Shown here: piece by piece, positions 52,797 to 62,420 of the stretch | Position numbering within the stretch: position 1 is the stretch's first letter | Layout of the letters: every line of letters begins with the position of its first letter | NCBI GenBank assembly: GCA_963712165.1 | Contig: CAVQGY010000005.1 | Coordinates: 123,165-187,164, forward strand | From: an uncultured Chloroflexia bacterium | GTDB lineage: Bacteria; Chloroflexota; Anaerolineae; Anaerolineales; UBA11858 | Reading direction: 5' to 3' | DNA: 64,000 nucleotides | Translations under genes and position numbers: made by a program | Notes under the pieces: generated by a model | What the model was told of the DNA's origin: nothing | Databases searched by the model: none | The model's input: only the letters and a program-made list of their open reading frames with translations

Positions 52797-54698
52797 TCAA
52801 TCTCCTTCGCCCGTTCTTAAATAGTGGTCTAGAAAGAGCAGGCTTTTAGAATAGAAAATATCGATATTCTTTGCATCTTTGAACCCATGCCCCTCGTCAG
52901 GGTAGAGGATATAAAGGTGGGGTACTTGATTTTCTTTTAATGCTTGGATGATCTGATCTGCCTGGTTATGGGGTACGATGGGATCCCTACCTCCCTGAAA
53001 GACAGCGATGGGATCCTGGATCTGGTTGGCAAAAAAGATCGGGGACCGCTCCCAGTAAAGTTTTTCATCTTCAGGATAGGGGCCGATCAGCCAATCGGAA
53101 TAATGACGCTCAAATTTCGGGGGATTTTTTAGTAGATCAAGATGGTTCACAATCCCATAAAGAACGATCCCAGCTTGAAAGACCCCGGGATATTTGATCA
53201 GGATCTGGTAAACTGTCAGGCCTCCAGAACTACTGCCCAGCAAAGCCATTCGATCCCGATCGGCCCACCCCTGCCCAGTGACAAAGAGGGCCCCCTGCAG
53301 ACAGTCTTCCACATCAACCACTCCCCATTTTCTCTGTAGGGATTGGCGGTAGTTTCTGCCATATCCACTGCTGCCCCTGTAGTTCACTTCCAATACGGCG
53401 AACCCGCGGCTGGTAAAGAATTGGGTCCGGGGAGAGAATTCCGCGAATTTTTGGCGAGTTGGACCGCTGTGGATGATCACCAGAAGGGGAGGTGTTCCAT
53501 CCGCCTGATAGTCAGGGTTATGGGGTGGATAGAATAATCCTTTGGTCTGGCTTCCCTCGGGATTTGGCCATGAGACGGGCTTTGGAAGAGAAAAAAGGTT
53601 CCGGGGAAGATCCTCCTGATTCGATTTGCGGATGATCTCAACCCTTCCGGTTAGATCCACCGTGATCACCTGAGGGGGTATATCTCCAGCCGATGCGATC
53701 ATTGCCATCCGGTCTTCCTTGGGAGAGACTGATAACCAATCCATCCAGGTATAAGTTCCATTGAGAGGGATCTTTGTTTCCTCTCCGACTCTTAAATCTT
53801 TTACCCAGATTGACCGAAAACCCTCCTGGTTGCGGAGGAAAAAGACCTTCTTGCTGTCGCGGCTGAATCCGTAAGCGTTACGATTTTGCATCCAGGGGGG
53901 CAGGGCATGTTCAGCTTCCTCAGTTGTCATTTGCTCCCTTTTACCGGTGGCGAGATCGTACAGATATAACTGCCACCAGCCGTTTTGATCAGAAAGATAT
54001 GCCAGCCACTGTCCATCCGGGGAAAATTCTGGCTGAAGAACGGATATACCATCACCTCCTGCTATCAGCGTTTCAGATAGCAGCCGGGGCGCTTCTCCTG
54101 GGGATGTCTCCAATGAACCCAACCAGAGCTTGCTGGAATCCCAGGGCATATGGGGATGTTTCCAGCTGATCCAGGCGATTTGGTTTCCCAGGGGGTGCCA
54201 GCGGGGGTAATTGTAAAAGTCCGCATTATTGTTGATCGAGGTTGGATTTAGTCCCTTTTCCAGAGTGGATAGGTATAAAGCATCGTGTTCTCCATCGGAG
54301 TGTATGAATAGGACAGAACCCCTACTTGGGGAGATCACCGGGGATGCTGGATATGACAGTTTGGTCGTGATTTGGGATATACTCTCAGCTTTAAGGGAAG
54401 CCCTGAATAGCTGGCGAGAAGACCTATCAATGAATATGACCCATTCCTCTTCTGCCCCGTAACTCCCTCCCCCATAATGCAGGTTACCGCCAGTATTAAT
54501 ACTCCCACTGATAAGTTTAGCCTCCTTGCATCCAGCAGTTACCATCTGGATGGATCCCTGGGTGGAGTTCCTTTCCCGCCAAAACAGATCCCCGTTTTTA
54601 TTCCAGGCTGTTTCACTAAAATCAAGCAGCCCGCCTGAATTCTGGGGAGTGATTCGTGAAGGCCATTGGCCGTGGGGAAGCTGTATCTTCTCTGTCAT
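52797..54698 (-). CDS. S9 family serine peptidase (prolyl oligopeptidase/acylaminoacyl peptidase-like) with an N-terminal beta-propeller
   Basis: LLGSSSGG (nucleophile elbow), GGRDPIVP, YPDEGHGF. WD/Tol-like repeats in the N-terminal half. Confidence 0.85.
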   Translation of the reverse strand: MTEKIQLPHGQWPSRITPQNSGGLLDFSETAWNKNGDLFWRERNSTQGSIQMVTAGCKEAKLISGSINTGGNLHYGGGSYGAEEEWVIFIDRSSRQLFRASLKAESISQITTKLSYPASPVISPSRGSVLFIHSDGEHDALYLSTLEKGLNPTSINNNADFYNYPRWHPLGNQIAWISWKHPHMPWDSSKLWLGSLETSPGEAPRLLSETLIAGGDGISVLQPEFSPDGQWLAYLSDQNGWWQLYLYDLATGKREQMTTEEAEHALPPWMQNRNAYGFSRDSKKVFFLRNQEGFRSIWVKDLRVGEETKIPLNGTYTWMDWLSVSPKEDRMAMIASAGDIPPQVITVDLTGRVEIIRKSNQEDLPRNLFSLPKPVSWPNPEGSQTKGLFYPPHNPDYQADGTPPLLVIIHSGPTRQKFAEFSPRTQFFTSRGFAVLEVNYRGSSGYGRNYRQSLQRKWGVVDVEDCLQGALFVTGQGWADRDRMALLGSSSGGLTVYQILIKYPGVFQAGIVLYGIVNHLDLLKNPPKFERHYSDWLIGPYPEDEKLYWERSPIFFANQIQDPIAVFQGGRDPIVPHNQADQIIQALKENQVPHLYILYPDEGHGFKDAKNIDIFYSKSLLFLDHYLRTGEGD

Positions 54699-54813
54699 AA
54701 GATAGGAATCCAGGTAAGAGTATATATCTATATCTTACTATGAGCAAGATTTAGATAGTGGATCCCTGCACGTTCCTGGCTTTAAATGGGTCTCTCTGGA
54801 AATCAGGCGCGGG

Positions 54814-55467
54814 TCATTGATCTGGGCCGCGCAGCGGTGCGAAACTCATCCTGTGAATGGGGGAGGGGCCCAATACTTGGATGGCTTTCCGATGCGCGGG
54901 GGTTCCATATCCTTTGTTCGTGTTAAATCCAAACCCTGGATATAAGCTGGAATTACTGATCATCCATCTGTCCCGATATGTTTTGGCCAGGATTGAGGCC
55001 GCTGCGATAGTTAAGGAACGGGCATCGCCCTTGACTAAACGTGTTTGAGGAAGAGGTATATTGGGTAGGACCAGATAATCCACCAGCAAGTGGTCGGGCT
55101 CAATTTCGATTATTTCCAATGCGCGCCAGATAGCCAGCCGGGTGGCAGGGACGATGCCAAGTTGGTCAATTTCCCCATTATCCGCCCAGCCCACAGCCCA
55201 GGCCAAACAGGTTCTTTCTATAATTACCCTGAGCTTTTCCCGCTCATCGGCTGAAAGCTGTTTGGAATCTCTCACGCCCAGGAGGGAATTGGCCACTCCT
55301 CTAGCCGCAGGAAGGATCACTGCAGCTGCCGTAACTGGCCCTGCCAGGCAGCCCCGGCCGGCTTCATCTATGCCGGCGACTGCGGTTAAGCCGGCTTTCC
55401 ATAAAGCATTTTCGAATTGGAGATCGGGAGATGGTGGGATCAAACCGGGATCAAATCTCCGGGTCAT
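54814..55467 (-). CDS. rnhB: ribonuclease HII
   Basis: VAGIDEAGRGCLAGPV, DSKQLS, ASILAK. Confidence 0.92.
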   Translation of the reverse strand: MTRRFDPGLIPPSPDLQFENALWKAGLTAVAGIDEAGRGCLAGPVTAAAVILPAARGVANSLLGVRDSKQLSADEREKLRVIIERTCLAWAVGWADNGEIDQLGIVPATRLAIWRALEIIEIEPDHLLVDYLVLPNIPLPQTRLVKGDARSLTIAAASILAKTYRDRWMISNSSLYPGFGFNTNKGYGTPAHRKAIQVLGPSPIHRMSFAPLRGPDQ

Positions 55468-56182
55468 ATACGCCCTGTTTATGATTTTCCCGGATGGTTT
55501 GGATATCGATTAACATCTGCAAGGCATCTCGTACTGCATGAACCTTGCTTTCCTGGTTGTAGGTCCAAGGGATAGGGACTTCAACGATTCTGTATCCGCG
55601 CTGGCGGGCGATATAGAGCAGCTCGATATCAAAAGACCAACCATCAAGGGTTTGCTTGCCAAATAGGTCTCTGGCAGCCTGATTGGAAAAACACTTAAAT
55701 CCACATTGGGTATCGTTCAAGCCTGGTAGGATGAGCAGCTGGATCATCCAGTTCATGAACCTGCCTCCCAGATGGCGAAAATGAGGTTCATTATATCGGA
55801 TGGCCCCAGGCTCTTCCCGGGAAGCTATCGCAACCTGAAATCCCTCCAAAATGGGAGGAAGGAATCGGTTGACCTCCTCGATAGGCATGGAAAGGTCTGC
55901 GTCTGACATGAATAGGAACTTTCCCTGGGCTTCTTTCATGCCGCAGCGCACAGCAGCGCCCTTGCCTGGATTTCTCTCAAAGCTTTCCCTGATGAAATTA
56001 AACTGTTTTGAGAAATCGCGGATGATCTCAGAGGTCTGGTCTGTGCTGTTATTATCCACAACCAGGACTTCAGAAATATATGGCTGCTCGCGAAGAAACG
56101 TACCCACCTTGGTCAGCGTTCCAGGAAGGCGAGACTCCTCATTATATGCGGGGATGATGATCGAAAGAAATGGTTGTTGCAC
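55451..56182 (-). CDS. family 2 glycosyltransferase (polyprenyl-phosphate hexosyltransferase-like)
   Basis: LSIIIPAYNEE, VVDNNSTDQT, FMSDADLS. Start uncertain: GTG 56182 was chosen because the track start would overlap the upstream gene. Confidence 0.8.
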   Translation of the reverse strand: MQQPFLSIIIPAYNEESRLPGTLTKVGTFLREQPYISEVLVVDNNSTDQTSEIIRDFSKQFNFIRESFERNPGKGAAVRCGMKEAQGKFLFMSDADLSMPIEEVNRFLPPILEGFQVAIASREEPGAIRYNEPHFRHLGGRFMNWMIQLLILPGLNDTQCGFKCFSNQAARDLFGKQTLDGWSFDIELLYIARQRGYRIVEVPIPWTYNQESKVHAVRDALQMLIDIQTIRENHKQGVYDPEI

Positions 56183-56193
56183 GAAAATTACTC

Positions 56194-57000
56194 TTAGCTG
56201 AAGAGGGTCACCAGGGAGACCAATATGACCAGCACGATGATTAGAAGAACGGAAAGAACACCGATGATGATCCATTCCCTGCGGGTGAAATTGATCTTAC
56301 GGGCTACTTTTGTTATGCTTTCATCTACTTTGTCCAGAGGATCAGCCAGTGGTGAGGGATCCATCAGCTCTGGAGGGAGGGCTGCTTTCTGCTTCGATCT
56401 TTCCGGAAGTGTGGGATGAGTGAGTAAGTTGACTGCAGTTTTGAAGTCCAAATCACTGAAAACTGCCTTAGCGATCGATAACTCCCTGGCAAAATTCTTG
56501 ATCCCATCCGCCTGGATGATCCTTACTCGGGGACGAATGGACTCGACAACAGTCTCTGGAGAGACAAATATCATCACACCGCGGTCCATCGGAGCAGTGA
56601 AATTATGTTGCTTGAAATACCCCTCAATGGTCTTCTGATACAGCCAGGTTTCCCGGATGAGATTAATGGGCGCTGGCCGGTACTGGTCGTTCCTGCCCAA
56701 TTCCCCCCAAAATTTTCCTTCTGCCCTAAAAAACCCCTGCTGGGATTTTGGATTGATCACGATTACTGTGGCAGGCGTGATCAGGACCATAGGTATGGGC
56801 CGGTTGACTTTGGGTATATTCACATCCCGCAGCAATACACATTCATTGCCCAGTACAGAGCCAAGGATCTCTATCAATTCATCCTGGTTCTTCCGGCTTT
56901 GCTGCCAGGAAATACCATAGGTCATCGCCCCCTGGAGAGATTTCAACACACCCGATAGATTTGATTCGCTTTTGAATTTGGATAAATCTATTGTCCTCAT
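56194..57000 (-). CDS. hypothetical tail-anchored membrane protein with a degenerate NERD-like domain
   Basis: LLRDVNIPKVNRPIPMVLITPATVIVINPKSQQG...W follows the NERD topology without clear catalytic residues. C-terminal TM WIIIGVLSVLLIIVLVILVSLV. Confidence 0.5.
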   Translation of the reverse strand: MRTIDLSKFKSESNLSGVLKSLQGAMTYGISWQQSRKNQDELIEILGSVLGNECVLLRDVNIPKVNRPIPMVLITPATVIVINPKSQQGFFRAEGKFWGELGRNDQYRPAPINLIRETWLYQKTIEGYFKQHNFTAPMDRGVMIFVSPETVVESIRPRVRIIQADGIKNFARELSIAKAVFSDLDFKTAVNLLTHPTLPERSKQKAALPPELMDPSPLADPLDKVDESITKVARKINFTRREWIIIGVLSVLLIIVLVILVSLVTLFS

Positions 57001-57119
57001 AGTTCATCCTGTTGTGATGTTTTTTTTGATTATACCAGCGTCTCATACTCCCAGAGAGAGCTATCAAAATTCTCAATTCAGATTGACTGGGGGTAAATTG
57101 ACTATCATTAAAAGAATAG

Positions 57120-57192
57120 TCGGGGTGGACGGACTTGAACCGTCGACCTCCGCGTCCCAAACGCGGCGCGCTACCAACTGCGCCACACCCCG
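57120..57192 (-). tRNA. tRNA-Pro (anticodon UGG), no encoded CCA
   Basis: The minus strand folds as a cloverleaf: acceptor CGGGGTG/CACCCCG, D stem GCGC/GCGC, anticodon stem CCGCG/CGCGG with loop TTTGGGA, T arm GACGG-TTCAAGT-CCGTC. Confidence 0.92.
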
Positions 57193-57253
57193 ATTTCCAT
57201 GATTATTCTGGAAGCAGTATAATCTTTCTAATTACCATAGTCAAGGACACCCA

Positions 57254-58030
57254 ATGCGAGCAGATCCAATCATGAAGTCAGAACTGATCCGTATCCACCA
57301 TGCTGAATATGATGACGATATACCTTTCTGGATCAGGAAAACAGAAGGCCTGGATCCGATCCTGGAAATTGGTTGTGGGCATGGCCGGGTTACTCTGCCT
57401 TTAATAAAGGCGGGACGTGTTTTAGTAGGTGTTGATAGTGATCCCAACTCCCTGGATTATTTGACCGGCAGGTTGGAAGAGTTCGAAAATGGGATACGGC
57501 AGCGGATCTCACTGATCGAATCTGATATCCTAGATTATCAACCCCATGACCTCTTTGGAGGAGCGATCATTCCCTGCAATACCTATTCAACCTTTAATTA
57601 CGAGGACCGACTTCGGTTGCTCAGTAATATATTTACCTGGTTGAAGGAAGATGGCTTGCTGATCGCCAGTCTTCCCAATCCCCGGCACACCGAAGAAATC
57701 CTGTCCGAGCTTGGCAGATATGATCAGGACGACTATCCGGATCCGGAAAGGATGTTCATCCATCCCAGGACGGGCTTTCCGGTCCAGGTTAGCAGCCGCT
57801 TGAGGGCTTCCAGGAAAAGCTTGTTGTGGGACTGGATCTATGACCATCTTCACCCGGATGGTCAGGTGGAGCGATACGTGGTCACGGTTGAACATTTTCC
57901 GAGATCTCAGGATGAGATCCTGACCGAACTGGACATTGTGGGCTTTCGAGATGTGCTTTGTGAAGGTGATTTTTCAGGGGGAAAGTATAGTCATTCATCT
58001 CCTTACCTGATCTTGATCTGCCGAAAATAG
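57254..58030 (+). CDS. class I SAM-dependent methyltransferase
   Basis: ILEIGCGHGRV (motif I), VGVDSD, a Methyltransf_11/25-like layout. Confidence 0.75.
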   Translation: MRADPIMKSELIRIHHAEYDDDIPFWIRKTEGLDPILEIGCGHGRVTLPLIKAGRVLVGVDSDPNSLDYLTGRLEEFENGIRQRISLIESDILDYQPHDLFGGAIIPCNTYSTFNYEDRLRLLSNIFTWLKEDGLLIASLPNPRHTEEILSELGRYDQDDYPDPERMFIHPRTGFPVQVSSRLRASRKSLLWDWIYDHLHPDGQVERYVVTVEHFPRSQDEILTELDIVGFRDVLCEGDFSGGKYSHSSPYLILICRK

Positions 58031-58197
58031 TTGGAATGGACTAAACCTGGACCAGGATGGAAAAATCCTTGTTAATAAAACATCTATGAAGTGTTTGTTT
58101 ATCTCTAACAATTTGCATAAGTTCCTCTAACACATAAGCTGTATCATTTGTTCTAGATAATAAGTGATCCATTTATAGCTAATTGAAGGAGTGCAAA

Positions 58198-58593
58198 ATG
58201 TCCATGTACATCAAACCTTATTCCCGGTATCACAGAAGTCCAGTTTACCGCTGGAGTAATGTTGAAAATGATATTCATATACCGCTGGATGTCATTGCTG
58301 AAGATGATACCTATGTGATCGAGATGATCGTTCCTGGCCTGGAACCAGATGATGTGGATATCGAAATCGTTGAGAAAACCATTATCATCCAGGGTGAGTT
58401 TAAGGCAGCGGATGAGGGAGTGAACTATCTCCGAAAGGAACGCCCTTTAGGTAAATTCCGCCGGGTGGTGCGCCTGCCCAAATTGCTGGATATGGAGAAA
58501 TCTGAAGCCAGCCTGCAGAAAGGCATTCTATCCCTGCGAGTACCTGTTGCAGAGGAAGCTTTACCCAAGACCATCAAGATCAAAGCAAAATAA
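58198..58593 (+). CDS. Hsp20/alpha-crystallin small heat-shock protein
   Basis: PLDVIAEDDTYVIEMIVPGLEPDDVDIEI..., GKFRRVVRLP, GILSLRVP. ATG 58198 follows AAGGAG. Confidence 0.88.
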   Translation: MSMYIKPYSRYHRSPVYRWSNVENDIHIPLDVIAEDDTYVIEMIVPGLEPDDVDIEIVEKTIIIQGEFKAADEGVNYLRKERPLGKFRRVVRLPKLLDMEKSEASLQKGILSLRVPVAEEALPKTIKIKAK

Positions 58594-58624
58594 ACCATCC
58601 ATATCTCTCCAAAGATTAATGGTT

Positions 58625-58649
58625 GAAGAGCCGGTTTTACCGGCTCTTC
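58625..58649 (+). terminator. intrinsic terminator after hsp20
   Basis: Stem GAAGAGCCGG / CCGGCTCTTC with the loop TTTTA, then TGCTTT. Confidence 0.6.
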
Positions 58650-58728
58650 TGCTTTATAATATGGGTATACGCTCCTGTTCCCTCGAGTTGAATACAGCCA
58701 GAGATCTGAAATATAAAGTGAGGTATCT

Positions 58729-59586
58729 ATGTCTAAATCTCAAGTCATTTCTGGGTATGTAGATATCGATCAGACTAAACTGTATTATGAAACCGCTGGC
58801 TCCGGGATTCCGCTGGTAATGGTCCATGCCGGTGTGGGTGACTGTGAACAGTGGGAGAATGAATTCGGCAAATTCTCTGAAAATTTCCAGGTCATCAGAT
58901 ATGACATGCGAGGGTATGGGTGTAGTGACCCAATAGAGGGTCCTTTCAGCCATCTGGGAGATCTGACCAGGGTCATTGATGAACTTGTTCACAACCCTCC
59001 CGTGATATTAATGGGTTGTTCGATAGGAGGTTTGTTATCCCTGGATTACGCCCTGGAAAATCCCCAGAGTGTCAGGGCGTTAATCATGATCGGTCCTGGT
59101 TCGTGCGGATTTGAGCTGGATAATTGCACTCAGGAGTTATTCTCAGAAGCTATGAAGGCATTTGAAGAAGGAGATCTCAATCTACTGGCCGAGATTCAGA
59201 CTCAGATCTGGTTCGATTGTATGCATGCGGATCCTGACCAGGTGGATCAAAGTATGAGGGCTCTCCTCTATGATATGAACAGGTCTGTATTGGGCAGCCA
59301 GGCTACCAAATCCGAACAGACCCAATCTAAAATGACAGAACCAGCAGCCAGGAGATTGGATAAGATCGATTTTCCGGTTTTGATCATTGTTGGTTCTAAT
59401 GACCTCCAGTATATGCATTCCGCTGCAGATTATATAGCGGATAAGATCCAATATGCCCGGAAAGAGGTCATCGAAGACGCTGCTCATCTACCGAATTTGG
59501 ATCAACCTCACCAGTTCGAAGAAGTGGTGGTTGAATTCCTGGATAATATAACAAGCGGACGAGATTACGAGCAGATGTTCCCCTGA
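58729..59586 (+). CDS. alpha/beta hydrolase
   Basis: PLVMVHAGVGD, nucleophile elbow LMGCSIGG, C-terminal ...DAAHLPNLDQP. Confidence 0.8.
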   Translation: MSKSQVISGYVDIDQTKLYYETAGSGIPLVMVHAGVGDCEQWENEFGKFSENFQVIRYDMRGYGCSDPIEGPFSHLGDLTRVIDELVHNPPVILMGCSIGGLLSLDYALENPQSVRALIMIGPGSCGFELDNCTQELFSEAMKAFEEGDLNLLAEIQTQIWFDCMHADPDQVDQSMRALLYDMNRSVLGSQATKSEQTQSKMTEPAARRLDKIDFPVLIIVGSNDLQYMHSAADYIADKIQYARKEVIEDAAHLPNLDQPHQFEEVVVEFLDNITSGRDYEQMFP

Positions 59587-59714
59587 TCCTACCTATTATT
59601 ATTTGCCCTCTTTGGATCCTGGTTCTCAAGTAGCCTTGGTGAAAGGCTAAGGTAAAAAGAAAAAAAGAATCAGGTATAATTGCCTGTGCTAATTAATAAA
59701 TCGAGGAGGTCGAG

Positions 59715-60419
59715 ATGACCATTAACGAGGATAAACCTCTGGAAGAAATTGAACAGAAAATCAGCGATGCTGAAATACAAGCTCAGCTTGAAGATGCAGC
59801 AGGCGCGGAGGAGAGCAGCGGGTCTTTCGAGAGTGTGCCTGACGATGAAATAACCGATCCTACCTTGGAGAAGAAGGGTCTTTCCCGAGGCAGGAAGATC
59901 TGGAGAAAGGTCTTGATCTGGCTGGTGGTTATCGCCACCGCCTTTGCAGGGGGTTCTTACCTGAATTCACGCTTGCGATATCAACCGGAGCAGGAGAGGA
60001 CTGCCGCTTTACAGGCGGATCTCGATGATGCCCAGGCAGAGATCACTTCCCTAGAAGCGGAAATTGAGCGCCTAGGAAAGTTCGAAGATCAGAATACCAC
60101 CCTCTCACAGATGATGGATGAACTCAATGTCCACCTAGTGATCCTGGGCCTCCGAGCAGGTGTTGCGGATGCTTCCCTGGCGTTGGAACAGGGCCGGTTG
60201 GCAGATGCCAAATTGGCTTTAAGTAAAGTGGGTACCTCGCTGGACTCTCTTAAGGATATGCTGGACGCAGACCAGGTAGATACGGTGGAAAATATGATCC
60301 AGCGTTATCAATTGGTTATGATCGAGCTTGAAACCGATGCGGCTACTGTAATGACCGATCTGGAGCTGCTGTCAACCAAGCTGCAAACCCTGGAAAACAC
60401 TCTCTTCGCCATGCCCTAG
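59715..60419 (+). CDS. hypothetical single-pass coiled-coil membrane protein
   Basis: Acidic N-terminus, TM VLIWLVVIATAFAGG, heptad-like LQADLDDAQAEITSLEAEIERL. GGAGG lies before the ATG. Confidence 0.6.
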   Translation: MTINEDKPLEEIEQKISDAEIQAQLEDAAGAEESSGSFESVPDDEITDPTLEKKGLSRGRKIWRKVLIWLVVIATAFAGGSYLNSRLRYQPEQERTAALQADLDDAQAEITSLEAEIERLGKFEDQNTTLSQMMDELNVHLVILGLRAGVADASLALEQGRLADAKLALSKVGTSLDSLKDMLDADQVDTVENMIQRYQLVMIELETDAATVMTDLELLSTKLQTLENTLFAMP

Positions 60420-60445
60420 GATTTTGTTTCTAAGTGGATAGTAAA

Positions 60446-60472
60446 AGCCTCCTGAGGGAGGCTTTTTCTTTT
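60446..60472 (+). terminator. intrinsic terminator
   Basis: Stem AGCCTCC / GGAGGCT with the loop TGAG, then TTTTTCTTTT. Confidence 0.75.
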
Positions 60473-60480
60473 CGGCCATG

Positions 60481-60516
60481 AGGAAGCGGGATCCTTTTTT
60501 CAGGATCCCGCTTCCT
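60481..60516. other. perfect 14-bp inverted repeat without a flanking T tract
   Basis: AGGAAGCGGGATCC - TTTTTTCA - GGATCCCGCTTCCT, between convergent genes. Confidence 0.7.
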
Positions 60517-60542
60517 ATATAGTATCCCTCATCCTGCATGTT

Positions 60543-61715
60543 TCACTCATGGGTTTCCACAGTCAGCGCCTCAGCATCGGCGATCGTTTCAGGCATGCCG
60601 TTGAGGATCCAGACTTCAAAGATGTGGATGTAATCGTCTTTGATCAGTTTTGTGGGCGGCATCTGCTGGATGATCTCCTCACCATTTTCATCGTAAATAC
60701 TCACTCCGTTCAGGGTCTGGAACAAATAGCTGTCCAGGTCGCCTGAGATCAGGTTCTGGAGTGCATTATCCCCGCTGGTGAGCATCTCCTCATAGGTGCC
60801 CATCAGATAATTGTTATTTTCCTTTCCGGGCCGATGGCAGGAAATGCAGTAGCGCTTCACCAGCCGGGAAATATGGATCTCGTAAGACGGGACCTCATCG
60901 CCAGCCAGAGCGGGAATCGCCCCTGCAGACGCGGCGTCAGCGGGTAGTTCAGCCCGGTCATCCCAGGTGTAACGCATATAAAGGACCACTGCATCGATCT
61001 CTGATTTTTTCAGTTCGCCTCCGTAAGCCAATCCATAAGGCGGCATGCCCAGATCTTGCTGGCCATAATCAACAATAGCATGGAGCGTTTCATCAGACCT
61101 GGTGTACATCTCATCCCGGCTGCTGATGGATTTCAATTCTACGCCTTCCAGGCCTTCCACACCCTGAATGATCCCACCCTCTCCATCCGGACCGTGGCAT
61201 TCCACGCAGTGCAGGCTGTACAGATCACCTCCCAGCACATATTTATCCTGGATGGTGCTGGCAGTTGTACCCTCATTCTTTGGTGTTGTAACGACAGATC
61301 GGATTGTCAATCCAACCATCCCCAAAACAACTACGCCCATGATGGATATTCCCGCAAGGCGGTTCCTCCAATGGCGTAAGGGGTTCCTGTCCAGAAAAGG
61401 CAGGGCAATCAAGACCAGAACGCCTACAAGCGGGATAAGAAAGGTCCCCACCCATTCGATCTTGCCGGGCACAAATTTCAAGAATTCGAACAGGAATAAA
61501 AAGTACCATTCCGGCCGCGGCACATAAGTGGAGTCGCTTGGGTCGGCTTTGGGTTCATAGGCCACACCCACAAAAGTGGCCAGACCGATCAGCAGGATGA
61601 ACAAACCAAATGAGACCAGCAGGTCTTTATAGATGATGTCCGGCCAGAACTTGACCCCTTTCTGTTTGGCCGCATTATATTTCCGATGATAAGCTTTTTT
61701 CTGTTCTTCTTTCAC
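60543..61715 (-). CDS. cytochrome bc-complex subunit IV fused to a dihaem cytochrome c
   Basis: N-terminal 3-TM part with YVPRPEWYFLFLFEFLK (PetD/subunit IV motif). Two CxxCH motifs: CVECH and CISCH. GTG 61715 follows GAGGAGG. Confidence 0.8.
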   Translation of the reverse strand: MKEEQKKAYHRKYNAAKQKGVKFWPDIIYKDLLVSFGLFILLIGLATFVGVAYEPKADPSDSTYVPRPEWYFLFLFEFLKFVPGKIEWVGTFLIPLVGVLVLIALPFLDRNPLRHWRNRLAGISIMGVVVLGMVGLTIRSVVTTPKNEGTTASTIQDKYVLGGDLYSLHCVECHGPDGEGGIIQGVEGLEGVELKSISSRDEMYTRSDETLHAIVDYGQQDLGMPPYGLAYGGELKKSEIDAVVLYMRYTWDDRAELPADAASAGAIPALAGDEVPSYEIHISRLVKRYCISCHRPGKENNNYLMGTYEEMLTSGDNALQNLISGDLDSYLFQTLNGVSIYDENGEEIIQQMPPTKLIKDDYIHIFEVWILNGMPETIADAEALTVETHE

Positions 61716-61759
61716 TGGGTCCCTCCTCAAACATGGCTCTGATCAGCAGGCCATCCGGT

Positions 61760-62419
61760 TCAGCTATCCTGGTCAGGTATATGAGATATGCCCAGCCTGA
61801 TCACTAAATAGAGATGAGTGAATACTGTGGCCAGAACAATAACCGGTATGATCCAGATATGGAGAGAGAAGAATCTGGATAATGTGACCGCGCTTAAATC
61901 CGTTCCTCCCCGCAGGACCCGGAGTATGAACTCTCCTATCCCTGGTACTGTGCCAGCGATCTCTGTGCCGACCGTAGTAGCCCAGTAGGAACGCTGGTTC
62001 CAGGGCAGCAGGTACCCGGTGAAACCCATGCCCAGGGCACAGATCAGCAGTACCACACCTGTGATCCAGGTAACTTCCCGGGGATATTTATATGCCCCGT
62101 AAAAGAACACCCTCAGCAGGTGGATAAAAGCGGTCAGGATCAATAACGAAGCCCCCCAATGGTGCAGGCCTCGGATCAGCCAGCCGAACTTGACACCAGT
62201 CATAATGAAGGTGATGCTGTCGTAGGCATGATCTGGCGTGGGGACATAATAAACGGATAATAAAATGCCGGTGATACCCTGCATGGCGCCCAGGAACAAG
62301 CTGGCGCTGCCCAGTGTGAACCACCAATTCACCTTGGGAACCTTACGGTCAAGGACAGTGTCGTAAATCCCTTCCAGGCCCAAGCGCTCATCTAACCAGC
62401 TGAAAACCTTCTGTGCCAT
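61760..62419 (-). CDS. cytochrome b6-type (short) cytochrome b
   Basis: 219 aa, 4 TM. ...NWWFTLGSASLF..., GLHHWGAS, FFSLH. Sits between the Rieske and subunit IV genes. Confidence 0.88.
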   Translation of the reverse strand: MAQKVFSWLDERLGLEGIYDTVLDRKVPKVNWWFTLGSASLFLGAMQGITGILLSVYYVPTPDHAYDSITFIMTGVKFGWLIRGLHHWGASLLILTAFIHLLRVFFYGAYKYPREVTWITGVVLLICALGMGFTGYLLPWNQRSYWATTVGTEIAGTVPGIGEFILRVLRGGTDLSAVTLSRFFSLHIWIIPVIVLATVFTHLYLVIRLGISHIPDQDS

Positions 62420-62420
62420 A

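Noticed and set aside
57001-57253. tRNA-Pro as an integration hotspot flanked by a genomic island.
   Set aside because: No integrase, no recombination-directionality genes, and no repeat of the tRNA 3' end was noticed nearby. The flanking genes are ordinary and in operon context.
58031-58197. A heat-shock operator (CIRCE TTAGCACTC-N9-GAGTGCTAA or a HAIR element) upstream of hsp20.
   Set aside because: Neither consensus is present. Only a weak direct repeat, CTCTAACA x2, was seen, which is too short to interpret.
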